Source: Neodothiora populina (lineage: Eukaryota). From it: a DNA stretch of 64,000 bases. The stretch spans positions 806,001 to 870,000 of the forward strand of contig NW_027191402.1 in NCBI RefSeq assembly GCF_041146345.1, given 5' to 3'. Position numbers and translations under genes: made by a program. Below are positions 44,902-58,294 of the stretch, in pieces (position 1 is the stretch's first letter; every line of letters starts with the position of its first letter). The notes under the pieces are model-generated. The model searched no databases and was not told the DNA's origin. It saw only the letters and a list, made by a program, of their open reading frames with translations.

Positions 44902-46033
44902 CGTTCGAAATCATTTTATTAGTAGTGCGTTCTATTGCATGAAATGAAACACTACTGAGACGAATCCTTCTCTACGGGAATGAGGACACTGTACATATAG
45001 TCGATGAGCTTCGTCTGTATATGTTTTGTCTTATCATAGGTTCGTTATATAAGCCGCTCTAGGCAGCAAGTTGGGCTGGCTTTCGATAAGGGGCTTGTGA
45101 GCATTTCAATTTAATTCGCCCTATCGGTTCAACGGGATTCAATGGGGTTCTATGTACTCATAGTCTCATTAGCCCGGATCACTTCCATGAAGTCTGGGCT
45201 TGATATGAGAGTTGTAGCCAATATATCGTGAGTGTCGAGGGAAGAAGATCTAAATCCGGGTGCGGACTAAAATAATATGCCGCATCAGCTGCGTCCCCCA
45301 CACTTCACTCCCGCCCAAATGTCTCGCCAACCACCAGACTAGAAAAAGCGATCGAAGCACAAAATACAGAGTGATCCAGGGCATAATCTCTGCTTCCTTG
45401 TCAAGCATTTTCTCGGTCGGTGGTATAACGACATCCGGAGGACGCCGGTTCTGGCATTATGCTCAGGCTCTCCTAACAAATGCCGAAAAAAACAAGCGCA
45501 ACTTCCTCGCCAGAATGGCACATACAGCGATGATCTATAGTTACAATGTTCGAGACATGGTAAACATCAATAGAAGCCATGACCTCTGTGCATGAAAGCC
45601 TTCCGCACGCGTTTGAGTGGCTTGATTCGATGTGCAGAAGGTAGCAGAGTCGGAACATGCAACCCTGCAGCACTACGTACAAGGACGATAATTGCTGCAT
45701 CGCTACACCTGGAAAGCTAAACGTGTAGGTATGCCAGTCTAATGGTAGAGACCAAACACATTACTCTTCAATTTCTTCTTAATGTTCCTATCACGGCCCC
45801 TACGGTTCTCGATATATGGCCGATCTTATCATAGGGCAAACGCTCGGCCAAGCGCTGATAGGCATCGCGTGCATATAGTGGAGATCAATAGATTTATCAA
45901 ACGTACCTCAGCGACATCAACTCGCTCACACCACTTGCCAGCTTCAATGAGTATGCAGATACAAATCAATCATCTTCTAGCTTGATTGATCAAACCCAGC
46001 TCTTGCTGTATCCACCTTGCTACCTTCACCAAA

Positions 46034-46806
46034 ATGGGCAAACACGTTGTCTTCGATGTAGTCGGTACCTGTGTCAGCTACGATGCCTTTTTCGAAGGCA
46101 TTGACCGACACATTGGCCCACGACTACTCGAGCGTGGCATCCCCCCTCGACTTTTTGGCTTTTCCTGGATGGAGAGCGCTGAGCTCGAATTCACGTTCCT
46201 TTCAATGTCATCCAGATACTGTCCGTATGGCATCGTGTTCAAAGCAATGTTTTACCGCATGCTCTGGATGGCCGGCATTGAAGACCCCAGATCATTCGCC
46301 ACCGATGAGGAGCGAGATGCCATTGTCGCGACATATTCGGACCTGAAACTAAGGCCAGGCGCCAAGGAGGCGATTGAGATGCTTCGTCATGATGGCTTCA
46401 CTGTCTGGTGCTTCACAAGTGGAGATATTAAAAGGGTTAGAGGGTACTTTCTCAATGCAGGGGTCGACATGCCTCTCGAAAACTTCAAATCATGCGATGG
46501 CAAGGCCATAGCAAAACCTGCTCTGGCTGCGTATCAACCCATAATTGACTCGTTCGCGAAGGAGGATGAGAAGTGGTTCGCTGCAGCGCACTACTGGGAT
46601 GTAAGCTCTGCGAAAATGGTTGGGTATGATATTTCTTTGTACTTTTCGTTTTGTCTCTCCTACTTACTTGTCGCAGGTTCAAGGGTGCGTACTGCTCAGT
46701 CTATGAGAAGGAAAGCTGCGCCGAGATCTTCGGGGTGGAGATGGATGTCCTTGCTAAGACCTTGCCTGAGATGGCGAAAAAGATGATCGAAGCGTCGAAG
46801 GCCTGA
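46034..46806 (+). CDS. HAD-superfamily hydrolase (haloacid dehalogenase type II-like), 2 exons
   Basis: Exons 46034-46623 and 46677-46806. Motif I VVFDVVGT, AKP, and WFAAAHYWDVSSAKMVGFKGAY. Confidence 0.88.
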
Positions 46807-47237
46807 ATGTTGGAAAAGCGTCATGTAGGTCAGTGACTGGTCTGCCAACGCCTACGACGTAGGCGATGTTTTGAATTCATCCAGGCTACTCAAAGCCAAC
46901 GAGCCCGAGTATAACGAGTGAGATGCAATTAGACACATCTTAGATATCCAGTGTAGCCCGGCATCCGCATATGACCACATCTCCTATGGAACGTGTGTAC
47001 ACCTAGGATCCGGATTCGAAGTGAACGACAACAGCCTTGACAAGAGATTGCTTGTCCATTGTAGTCGACTTGGAATAGGGACAAACACAGTCCAAATTGT
47101 CAAAAACCAGATCTATCTCGATATCTCGAGCTCTTAACCCCTTCTTATCGGGCACATAGAATACGTCCTTGATGCCTCCCGGCCAACATCGTTCTGGCAA
47201 CGTCGAGGTACACGTACGACAAGATCGTCCACTCGTG

Positions 47238-47979
47238 TCAGACTGGTATCCAGCCGCAACGTACCCTTCCACAAGCTGTGCAGACATTACCGCCAGCGGC
47301 TAAGGAATGCGGATATATAGAAGTGCTAGTTGTAGGCAGAGTATCACGAAACCCGACCGTCTGATCGTAATCGTCTGGCATTAAAGCCAAGATCCTCAAG
47401 ACACTCTGATAGGCCCTCTGAACGCTGGTCGTAGTCTCACCAACGACTAGCACCGGCAAACTAGGATCGCTACCGGACACGAAGACATAGAACATCTTCC
47501 AGGCTAGGTTCTCCACACCACCATTCGCAACGACTTGTGTGGATGATACCTGTCTGCAATTGACCTTGATTGGCTGAAGCCCAGGAAAAACAGTCAATGC
47601 ATGCCGCACTAACCAAGTTGTCAATTCCAGCAGCGTGACTAACGAGGTTGACGACATTACTCACGAATCTCGATGCCAATTGGTTCATCCCCGTCGACAG
47701 GCACCGCCGGCGGCGGTAATGTAATAGAGGGTGGATCGCGGCAAGAACAGAGACCTGGACGTGGAGCAGAAGGATAACCTTCGAGACGCGGCCGACTTCC
47801 TTTTGCTGGCATCCACGCGTCTCTGACAAGGACGGCGGGTAATTTGGAGCTATGCCCGAATACCCATATCAGCTCTGACACTTACGCTTCTCATCATCAC
47901 AACATCATCATCATCCATTGCATCCGACTTACTCCTCGGCCAAAGGCGTCTTGGGATCCAAATCCTTCTTGATCGCCAT
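47238..47979 (-). CDS. Hypothetical protein, member 6 of the repeated orphan family, 3 exons
   Basis: Predicted exons 47979-47933, 47849-47665 and 47608-47238; introns GTAAGT..ATAG and GTGAGT..TTAG restore one frame. Carries CSC, ILRHALTVFPG, VLVVGETTTSVQRAYQSVLRIL and CTACG. Confidence 0.6.
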
Positions 47980-48895
47980 AGGCAACACTGGTTGCAATCT
48001 CAACATCCTGTCTTGTTCTTCGTAACCGCGAGACTGGACTATTTTATTTCTTCCGCAAAAGAGAAATCCAAAGGTGTTTTCGACCAAGTAAAGATGTACA
48101 AGGCAAAGGTGAAAAGAAGCAAACTTTCTCGAGGCCAACCGGGTACTTTGATCGACCCATTGGTTCAATCCGAAACCTGCACAACCAGGCTACTGGATCT
48201 TCCTTCCGGCAGGAGGTGTACGACCTTACCTGAGACATTTTGTTATCATTGTTGTTGTATGTACTACAGCTTTGTCGTACGAAGGAAAAGGCCGAAACGA
48301 GGCTAGTCTCCAATGCTCTCCGTCGTATCTGGCATCGAGGGGCTACGACTCTGCGGTATGGCCATGTTCTTATTTTCAAGGCTCCAAAAAGGGCCCTCAA
48401 CGTCCCCTCGAGGATCTGCGAAGCTATGGCGGTTGCCGGGGTATAGTCTCTATACACGTTCTTCAAATGGCAAAGATGAGGCGGCGTCTTATTATGCCTG
48501 TTTACTCTGATGAGCGATAGTGAAAATGAGTGGTCCCTGGTAATAGTCGAGCATGCAAAGGTCGTTTGCTGTCATGCAGTGAGATTTCCTGTTACCCATG
48601 ATCGTCATCGGATTCGGTCTTTGGTGCGCACTTTTCACCCAGCAGGTCCTTGCAAGTTTGCCACCACCTTCGGACGCACCGTCACATCAGAGCAACACAG
48701 AAGGTCAAATTAGCATGTATGGATGAATATAAAGAGGTTGTACGTTACGGGTTCTGTACGTATGGGGGTATCTAGTGGATGTATGTGGTATGGTGGTAAG
48801 ATGCGAAAAGGCAAACGGCCTTTCCAGTGTCATTGCTTTTTTGTCGTCTCTTTTGTTTACTTCCTTGAGAATATCGTTCTTTTCGGTTCGTCCAA

Positions 48896-50329
48896 CTACA
48901 GGAAATAATCTGCAACTGGCTTCTTTGCGGGCATGCCTCTGCTGTCTTGGGGCGCAGCCTCGAAGACACGATAGCGCCTTCCGGGTCCAGTCTTCTGCCC
49001 CTGGTCTCTGAGGCCTAACGATCTAGACGCGTCGCCGTTGGTGCGAGGAGCGTACCCACCATTACTGCCGTTCTCGCTGAGCTCAAGGATAGCGGCAACG
49101 TTGCCGCATCTGTAGCAGTAGTTTGGCGCTGACCACACGGTCACAATGGAATTGTCAAACATCTCTTTGAAACCCTCCATGACGAGCTGATGCGCTCGGG
49201 CAATGAGACTGATGTCGTTTTTGTGGTTGAAGTGTTTGACGATGTCGGCGCCGAAGAGGAAGCCTGCGCCGCGGGGTGAAAGTCCCCATCCATCTATTTC
49301 GTCAGGGTCGGACCATAGTAAGTCGCACATAGCGCCTTCGTGGGGGACCTCTTGCTTGCGATCAATGAGTCGGATCTTATCGATCGTGTCGATCAAGGGG
49401 CTCAAACCGCCGTGGACGCATAGTACTGAACCGCCAGGGTTCGAGCCGGAACCGTTGCTGCTTGAAGTTGCGCCTGTTCCAGCTGGACCTGTGCGAGACT
49501 GTGGACTCTGTGATCCGGCAGAAGATGCTGGCGGGCCATTTTCGATTGATGGCCTTGCTCGAGGGAAGCGGTTCATGACTTGGTTGTTAGAGTTTAGGAT
49601 TTCGATCTCAATTTCATCAAGATCCCTGATGATGTTGGATTCCGATTCAGGGGGAAGCTCTGCATTCACATCTTCTAGTTGTGACGCAGCACCCGTGACC
49701 AGAGCTCCCAGCGCAAGGTAATCGAAAACATCACAACAATATCTGCTGAAAGTCAGTCGATACAAAAGCAGGGACGAAGACACCCGAACCCACCTCCAAA
49801 CGTTGGCGCTACCGTATTTCCTCATGCATTCGTCGTAAAAGCCGTATACAGTCGTGATCTGTCGTGATTCATGATTGCCTCTGATCAGTGTGATGCGATC
49901 CGGGTAGCGGACCTTTAAACAGAGTAAAAGTAGAAAAGATTCGAGCGAATAGAATCCACGGTCGACAAAGTCACCCATGAAAAGATAATTTGTGTCCGGC
50001 ACATCACCACCGACACGAAACAATTCCATTAGATCATGAAACTGGCCATGAATATCCCCACATATCTACAGTCATTATGCATTAGTCTGTGGACACCGGA
50101 AAGCAGGAAAGAGCTGCATCGTACCGTCACAGGCGCATTCACGGCGACGACATTTCCCTCCTCTATAAGAAGCTCGCGTGCCTTGTAACAGACTTCGCGT
50201 ACTTGGATCTCTGGAATAGGACGGCATGCACGAAGTTGCGCAATGGCTCTATAGAACAATCAGATTACTCTTGCCACTGACCAGCAGGATTGTGTGTCGT
50301 GTGCGCTCTTACTTGTCCAGGTCACTCAT
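48896..50329 (-). CDS. PPG1: PP2A-like Ser/Thr phosphatase catalytic subunit, Ppg1 type
   Basis: Starts [19 protein letters not shown]. Motifs GDIHGQF, GDFVDRG, RGNHE, VHGGLSP and [12 protein letters not shown]-terminal DYFL; four exons. Confidence 0.88.
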
Positions 50330-50933
50330 TGCCACCAGCCACCAACCACTGGAGCGGAAGAGTCGAAGCCTGGCGACGAGAAACTGTGAGTGGCAGATAT
50401 ATGTCGATCAACCTCTGCTGACTACGTCACTCGATGCTCTTATGGTGAAGATGGGTAAGGTATATAGAGGTCCAGAGGTGTGCGATTCTCGTATTCCAGA
50501 TTGCGACTGCCGAGTGCGGTGATGCAAAGCGTGGGGACGGAAGGAAGGCGCGCGCGATTAGGACGCGTAAAGTGCGAGAGTTTCGACGAAGTGCGTAGGC
50601 GGCAAAATTCGAGGGTACGAAGAGACAAGTCGAGGCAGTAATTTGCGATACGCAGCGCTATGAATCGAAATATATGAAACCTTTGTACAACAAGACGTGA
50701 AAGTGGCGCGTATACTGCACGCTCTGAAGAACACCGTTGAATGTGAACGTGAGATGTTTCGAGAGATGCCGAGCAGTTCCCACATCTTGGCAGACGACAT
50801 GCACTACTTTCGGGAGCAGCCGAGCCTCGGTCGAACCTTATTTGACATATCAGATTTCTTTCCCGAACCCTTGGAAGTTGCCATTGACGAGCTTTTTACG
50901 TGTAATTTGTTCGCCCGGAGTGATACTATCAAG

Positions 50934-53900
50934 ATGGGTAAACGAATTGCAGAGGCCGAAGAGGAACAGAGAGACGCCAAGCGACCCAAGACACAGAACA
51001 ACGGTCAAGCGATCGTGCCGGCGACGGATATATGGTCAGCTCGACAACTTCAGACCCTTCTTTCTTTCAGTCAAGATGCAGTGCAGCAATTACGAAACGG
51101 TCAGTATGATATAGACACATCACTCTGGACATAGCTCATCCTTGCACTAGGTATTCAGTCATTCAAGGGTTTCTTAGAGTTGATTCTCTACTCGGATGAC
51201 CCGAACAGACCTGCAAAGATCAACATCCTCAACGACTACCTGGATGTCTTCAAAGCAAGGGCCGACAAAGACAGCTCTGTCGAGTATCTGCCCGATTTCA
51301 TGCAAGCGTGGAACTATGCCCATCAGACTAACAACGACTACCTCGCAACGTCAATCACCTCCATCTTGGCACTTTTGCTGAAAACCCTTGCCACCTTGAT
51401 TGATTCGCGTGAGCATGGAGTTCTTTTGTGCAGGACTTTGCTTAAGCCAGCCCAGCTGAAGCTTATCTCGCGAGGCGTGTCTGCTCCGAAGACCAAGGAG
51501 CACATCATATCGCCATGTCTACGTATACTGACAGAAATTGTGTCTTTTGATGGTGGCGTCATGGCAAAGTCACTCTACTCCAAGCGTGAATGGTCATTTG
51601 AGAGCAAGATTATGGCACGTAACCTCGGTCTTTCCAAGGGAGAAGAGGACCGCCGAAGGCCTTCTGTAAGGTCCAATGCAGTCCGTTATCTGTTGGCCAA
51701 TTTCAGATACCAGGATGAGGGTGCCAAGATGGACATTCTCAGACATGGCCATATTCTCAAAGCATTGTTTGACCATCTGAAAGACGATCTCGTCGAGGTC
51801 CTCCAAGACGTCTTCAAAGTCATTGAGACTCACATTCTGCGCGACGATGCGATTCCTCGAGCTACCAAGAGTCATGCCATGGGTGAGCGATCACTATCAG
51901 GTATTTTGGCTGCTCTTCGTACACAGTCAAACTCCGAGATCGTGGATCTTGCTCCGCAAGTCGATGGTGAAGTCTCTGCAGCAGCCAAAGGCAAAGCTGC
52001 GATTTTCTCTTTCCTGAGGCTCGTCTGTACGACTCCCAGCCTTGGTATACTACGTACATGCGGCTGGTATCCGCCAGGCAGTGAGAAGCATACGAGAGAC
52101 GAAACGGAGGAACCTGAAGCTGATATTGCTCTTGATCTCGGCCTTGATTCTGTAGATTGGTACGATCGCTACCACAGTCAAGTACCTGTCAGGAACACGA
52201 TTCTCTCCGGTTTCATTCAAGGTCTACGCCCACATGGAAATGCAGAGGAGCGTGCACTACTTCTCGCCATCTTCGAAGCAGGACCTGAACTTGTGGCCGA
52301 CTATTTCTTCACAAAGGCCGATAAATTCCCGTTCGATCCCAAGTTGACAAACACATGGATAGGCTACGCATCCTTTCTCTTCTCGGCAGTGGAGATTCCA
52401 TTTCCGCAATACTTTGGTCCGACGAACGGATTTGTTGGCTGTCCTCCGCCCGTGACTATTGCCATCGAGAACATCTTGCCATTCCCCTTATCGCAAAAGG
52501 TTCTCGTCCGATGTTTGAACCAGTCCTCGAGTTTGATAACGTTCTTCACAATTCGCATATTGGTCGTGGCATTCTCGAAACTACGCAAAGTCCTACAAGC
52601 ATTTGACAAAGCGGCCACTGAAGCCAACACCCTGTGGCGTGAAGCCTCAACCAGATTGCTTCTGGAGTTCAACGAGCGCTGCCCCCCGATGAAAGATGTG
52701 GTTGCCACGTTCCGAAAGACTTCAGACGATAATATCTTGCAAAAAGAGGCTGTTTCGAGACTTCTTAGCCTGTACTACCAGGTCACACCACAGTTTGCAC
52801 TGGGAGAAAAGTTCGATGTGTCCACTTCGTTGACATCGGCTCTCTCAAGAATTGAGATCATGGACATCACTGACGAACAATACTCGATTCGTTTGATCGA
52901 GCTAGAACATCTGCTTGTTATTGCGCAATGTTCGTCCGGCATGCGTTGGTGGCACAAACAAGGCTCACTCAAATTTTCTCCATTCGTTACTCTCCTTCGG
53001 CTCTGCGCCCAGATGCCCAAAGATCAGGCAATCAAGAAAGAATTCCTTAAGCTGATCGATTCTGTCGTTTCCGAGCATGACAGTCTACAGTTTAAAACAG
53101 AAAAGTCATCAGTCGAGGCTCTCATCGCCAGTCTCTCGCCTACTACGTCTTGGCAAGCTGACAATGCTACGTACACCTTCCTCGATGAGTGTTTTGGACG
53201 CGTTGTGCGAAAACCCGTCAAGTATCTTGATGACCTTGAGACCTTCTCCGGGGGTCCAGCCCAAGATCACACTGTCAGCTTGCTGTTGATCGTCTGCTTA
53301 GAGCAAGCACCCTTTGCATCGAACCTTTCTCCAGATGATCGCTCGAATGTCATGACATGGTTATCGCTGTTCATAGGTCTGCTCAAAGTCATCGGCGAAA
53401 GCCAGTCTGTCTTGAAATATGTCGAGTCAGAGATTGATCTTCCTTCTCTCTCCAAAGACGACGCCGAGTTGCACAGCATACTTGACTCCGTTGTACCATC
53501 TTCTGCTGAACGCACCGAGCAGCGTGGTAACAACAAATCAAAAGAGGAGCACAAGGCTCAAACATCGCCATCGATTGAATTCGCTTTGCCAGCCCCAGAG
53601 AAGATGAACCGTCCCGAGCTCACTCGCTGGCAACAGAAAGATATCGAAGAGTCTGTAGAAGATGGCGACGTTGCGTCTCTGGTCTACTGTCTCTCATCCC
53701 ATGACTCATCAATACGTCTTCAAGCACTAGCAGCGATCCGCAGACTGATACCCAAGATCCAAGAATCTTTACACGAAGAGAAGGATCAACTCTACATACT
53801 TCTGGGTGAAATCATGGAAACAGCAACAAACCCACAACTACTCCAGCCACTAGCAGAACAACCCCTGCCCTACCTCACGACGGCATTCGCGAACCATGCC

Positions 53901-54410
53901 ATAACAGTCCTACTCGATCCCAGCCACTTCATGTATCCCAAAGTCAACAAATACCTCAATAAGGGACCTTCATGGCAAATCATGAAGATCGCATCCTACT
54001 GGGTCGACAAGACACTGTTGGAAATGCCAGAGGAAGACGACAAGCACTGGGCCGAAGTAGAATGGGTCCTCGAATTCTGCGTCGACGGCACGCGAAGCCT
54101 TCAGGACGCACTCTTGCTGATCAGCAGAAACACACTCGAGAAGATCCTCGCCATCTCTGCATCTCCGGCCGCGCCCAAGGCTGTCAGAGACAAAATCATG
54201 CAGTTGATTTACCGAGTTGCAAAGGCCGGCGGCGCAACGAGTCTTTTGACCAGGACTGCTATTCTCGCTTGGTTGGATATCAGAAAGTCGATGAAGGATG
54301 CGGATCTGAAGAGTCTTGAGCATGTCAGGGAGGCAGTGTTCGATAATATCGAGGAGGCGAGATTGAGCGGCTGGAGTAAGGGAAGTTGGAATAAGAATTC
54401 ATTGGTCTAA
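50934..54410 (+). CDS. URB1: Nucleolar pre-ribosomal-associated protein Urb1/Npa1
   Basis: Exon 1 50934-51099, intron to 51150, exon 2 to 54410. The segments ISPCLRILTEIVSFDGG, ELVADYF...FDPKLTNTWIGY and HFMYPKVNKYLNKGPSW resemble the Npa1 N- and C-terminal domains. Confidence 0.82.
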
Positions 54411-56391
54411 GAACGCCCTCACATATGACCTTTGCCCTGGTGAAGCAAAAGGGTGAAAAACATTCGTCGGAATCACAAGTAGCCAATATTTCTCAGACAG
54501 CGAAAACCAGTAGCTTCACTGTGCCGCGTCTAATTCACAGTGATTCCTACTGTAGCAAACAAATACCCCACCGACAATCTTTGGAGCGTGGCGTGATGAA
54601 AGAAACACGACTACCAACCTTGAATTTTTTTTATTGTTGTTTGACTATCTTATGCATTGATTTCTCGATGAAGACGTACTGGAATATACTAATTACATCA
54701 TGAACTACTGATCGAGACGTGGGGACGAGCTACTCATATGGCACTCCCAAATCTTAGTCCACACATGCATCTGTTGCACATGCAACGCACACATGCTTAT
54801 AGCTATCGTGGGTTGTGCATCGCATAGCATAGCATTGCATGGCATCGCAGGAAATCTGGCATTACAACCGCTGGAGATATATCGTGATCGATGTCGTTGG
54901 CAGCCCATGTGAGCCATGGCTTAATATCCTACTTGGAAACATGATGTCGCATGCTATTGCTATGTAATAGCGCGAGTGCAGTGGGCTGCGCCTACAATTT
55001 GTACATGATCTGCGCGACGGAGCTGCGCAGCTGTAGCTGGATTTAGCTAGGTGCACCGAGTCTTCCTTAATCCGGATTGCGCTGACGTCTTTCGATCCTG
55101 GTTGTGTCTCTACCTGTCTGCTGGCTATGAAGATCAATATCATAGCCGTTATTCTTCTCGGAATGATATACAGTAGGATGGACCTTCATTGTATTTGTTG
55201 GTAGCATCCTTGTCCTTGTAGAATGGTTTATAGGTCGGTTTATGGGGAGGTGTTGTTCCCCGAAAGTCAAAAGGTTTCCGGATGGCGGACCGCTGCACGG
55301 TTTACTCCATCTGTTAAGAACCTTGTTAGGAGCAGTGCATAGTTCTTAACTTATCGCACAAATCTCCTGAACTAGCAAGCTCGCCTACGGAGCAACCGAG
55401 GCCGTGTTGCAGCAACGTATAAGGGAGCTGTTTTGAGGTATACCGCATTCTCAAGTCGCCTAGAATACTACGATCAACCATGACATAGGGTCACGCAATT
55501 TGGTTGAGTATTCACCTCGTCCACTACTACGCCTTTCCTGTTAGATCCCTTGTGCGACATGGCGCCTGCATAACACCTGCGCCATGCGACTGCCTTGATC
55601 TGACAGCTGCATAGTCATGTGGGGTGATGCGTGCTAGTGCCATGCCACTGCTGGGTCTCAATGTCAGAAAGCAATCTCGACAAGTCCAGCCGAAAGACTA
55701 ACTCCAGCAAGAATGCTCTGCCTCGTAGTGTCGATCATTTCTTTGGCCCTCGTCGATGGGAGCCTGGGACTCTTCATGCACAACATTCTGTTTTTGAGGA
55801 CGTTAACAGATACCACGTGGGTCAGGTTGACACATCTGAACGTCAAACACGCCACATCGCCCTCCTGTCCATGTCCATGAGCCTTCATTGCGGGAGCAAA
55901 GTCCTCGGTAGGTTCCTCGGCTATGTCCCGCCCGTAGAAGAGTCACGCATGGCCTGTGTTTGCTTCAGAGTGCGACCTTTACAAGATCAAGCAGTCACTG
56001 ATCGCGTCCGCATATGGAGATCGAGGACCCCATAACTTGTCGTTCGTTCTTCGCAGTTCCCGAAATTGGAGCTCTAGCTTGATCTTCGATGCTGTGTGCA
56101 AATCTCGTCAATCACATACGTGAGTTGCTGGATCTGGGACTTCTTGATGGAGGGTGCTATCTCGGGATTGTGCACCTGCCTTCTCCTCTGCTTCGTTGAC
56201 GCCTTGTTGTACATCTGCGCCTTCCCTTCTGTATGATTGGAAGAAGCGATCACTTCATCTCACCGCATAGCCTCATTTTGAGCCTCTACATAAATCCGGG
56301 TTCCACGTCTAGAGCTTGTTATATTCGCATATATTCCATTGCCACATATTATTTATCCATTCCAAGAAGTTGTTTGAGCAAAGGGTACAAG

Positions 56392-57664
56392 ATGTCATTC
56401 AACAACGTTGACGGCGATGACACCGTCACTGGCAGAGTCATCGCTGCGACAGTCATTGGTTTCTTTCTTCCGACCGCGGCAGTCCTGGCACGTCTGATCG
56501 CCAGGATGCTGAAGGCCAACAAGCTCTTCCTGGACGATTACTTGCTCATTGCTGCACTTGTAAGTATCTACTTCAATGCAGACTACTACGACAGGATGTC
56601 TGACATTCTGTAGATGTTTCATTATGGCATTGATATCGCGGGTTGCTTTCGTGAGTGGATATCTCCAAATTCCCTCATAATCAATACTTATAGTTCAAAG
56701 TCATCGAGAATGGACTAGGCAGACATATCGGGACCGTAAGTCCTTCACAGATGCTTGTCTTCCTTAAGGTACAATACACTGGCGCGATCCTCTTTCCACT
56801 TTGTGTTTTCTTCACCAAGTTTTCAATCTTGGCCCAGTACAGGCGTCTCTTCGCCACACGCTTTTTCCGCTTTGCGGTGGACACCATCATTGTCATCAAT
56901 GTCCTCTGGTGTATCTCTGTCTTGTTCACTGGCATTTTTCTATGCAATCCAGTCGACAAGGCCTGGTATCCGGAGAAAGAGGGCACCTGCATCAATCTGA
57001 TCTCGTTCTACTATGGACTGCAGATTCCAAATGTGTTGACTGATCTTGCGATTTTGGTCCTGCCGCTCAAAGAAGTGGCAGAGCTTCGACTTCCCAAGCA
57101 GCAAAAGATCGGAGTTGGTCTGACGTGTGCACTTTGGACGCTGTAAGTGCTTCCACTTAGCAATAATGGCTGTGATCTGATCAGAACTTCAGTTGCCTCG
57201 CTTTTGGCATTGTGCGACTGGTAGTCATGGTAAGACTATCGAGGCAAGGAAGTGACGTTACCTGTAAGTTGCCCTGCACAAATTTCAGTTCTCTATTCAT
57301 CATCTCGATGCTCACTTCTCGACTAGACATTCTGGCGAACCCCGCCGTCTGGACAACCATAGAGCCAACAGTGGGTATAATCACAGCGTGCCTTCCCAGC
57401 GTGCGTGTACTATACCGTTCGATTGCAGACACTTTCCAAAACCGATCTACAGAACCCAAGCGACTCCATAGTCTGTCAGACATGTCCGGGACGCGCACCG
57501 GCCAGACACTAGTGGGCCAGCCGTGTTCTCCACAGTCGAAGGACTACGGTGATAGCCGGCTAGACACGCGCGACAACAGCTCTAGCGCCGTCAGTAGTCC
57601 TGTTGCGTCTTCGTTCCCTGAGATCAAGTATACTGCTTCTAGCAGCGCATCGCAGACTTGCTGA
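56392..57664 (+). CDS. PTH11-like (fungal rhodopsin-domain) integral membrane protein, without CFEM domain
   Basis: RLIAR..LFLDDYL, NGLGRHI, KFSILAQYRRLF, CNPVDKAW...GTC, TDLAILVLP, WTTIEPTVGIITACLP; several short introns. Confidence 0.88.
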
Positions 57665-58294
57665 ATGTCATGCTTACGACTTTTCCGATGATATAACAAA
57701 GGAGCTTCTTGGAGGAACCCCTGGAGGGACTTCTGGAGGGAACAGCCAGCAAGGGTTACGTCTACCGTTACAGGCATACGGAGGGAATATCACAGCTGGA
57801 TTCAGACACGGCAGATCACAAGAACATCATAGAATCATAGTAGTCACTGGATTGCACATGAATCGTTACGACGAACCACACAGGAAGGAAGGACCGAGGT
57901 ATCTGCATAGATAGAAGTCATTAGCATGAAAAGGCAGATCCATTTTTTCTCTCGTGTTAATATTGTATAGTTTTTGGGATGTTGTTTACAATATAATGAA
58001 TATAGTACTCTTCGGGAAAATAAAGACATTTCTCTCTTCGAGAAGGTCTCTATTACGCAGCTCGCTGTCCCATGGCAATACTGTGGACCGAAGCTTTACG
58101 AAGTGGTGATTTGAAAAGTGGAGATTCGATGGATGAAAGAGTGAGCTGTGATGAAGACACAATACTGCTCTATTGCTCTACTTGAGAGTATCATGCATCG
58201 TAGCCCTACACCTTCACGGCCCGACCTTGTAGTCACAGCCATCAGAGAACAGCAAGCGTCATTGCAAGAAGCAGCAGAAAGCCTGAGCCAGGCC

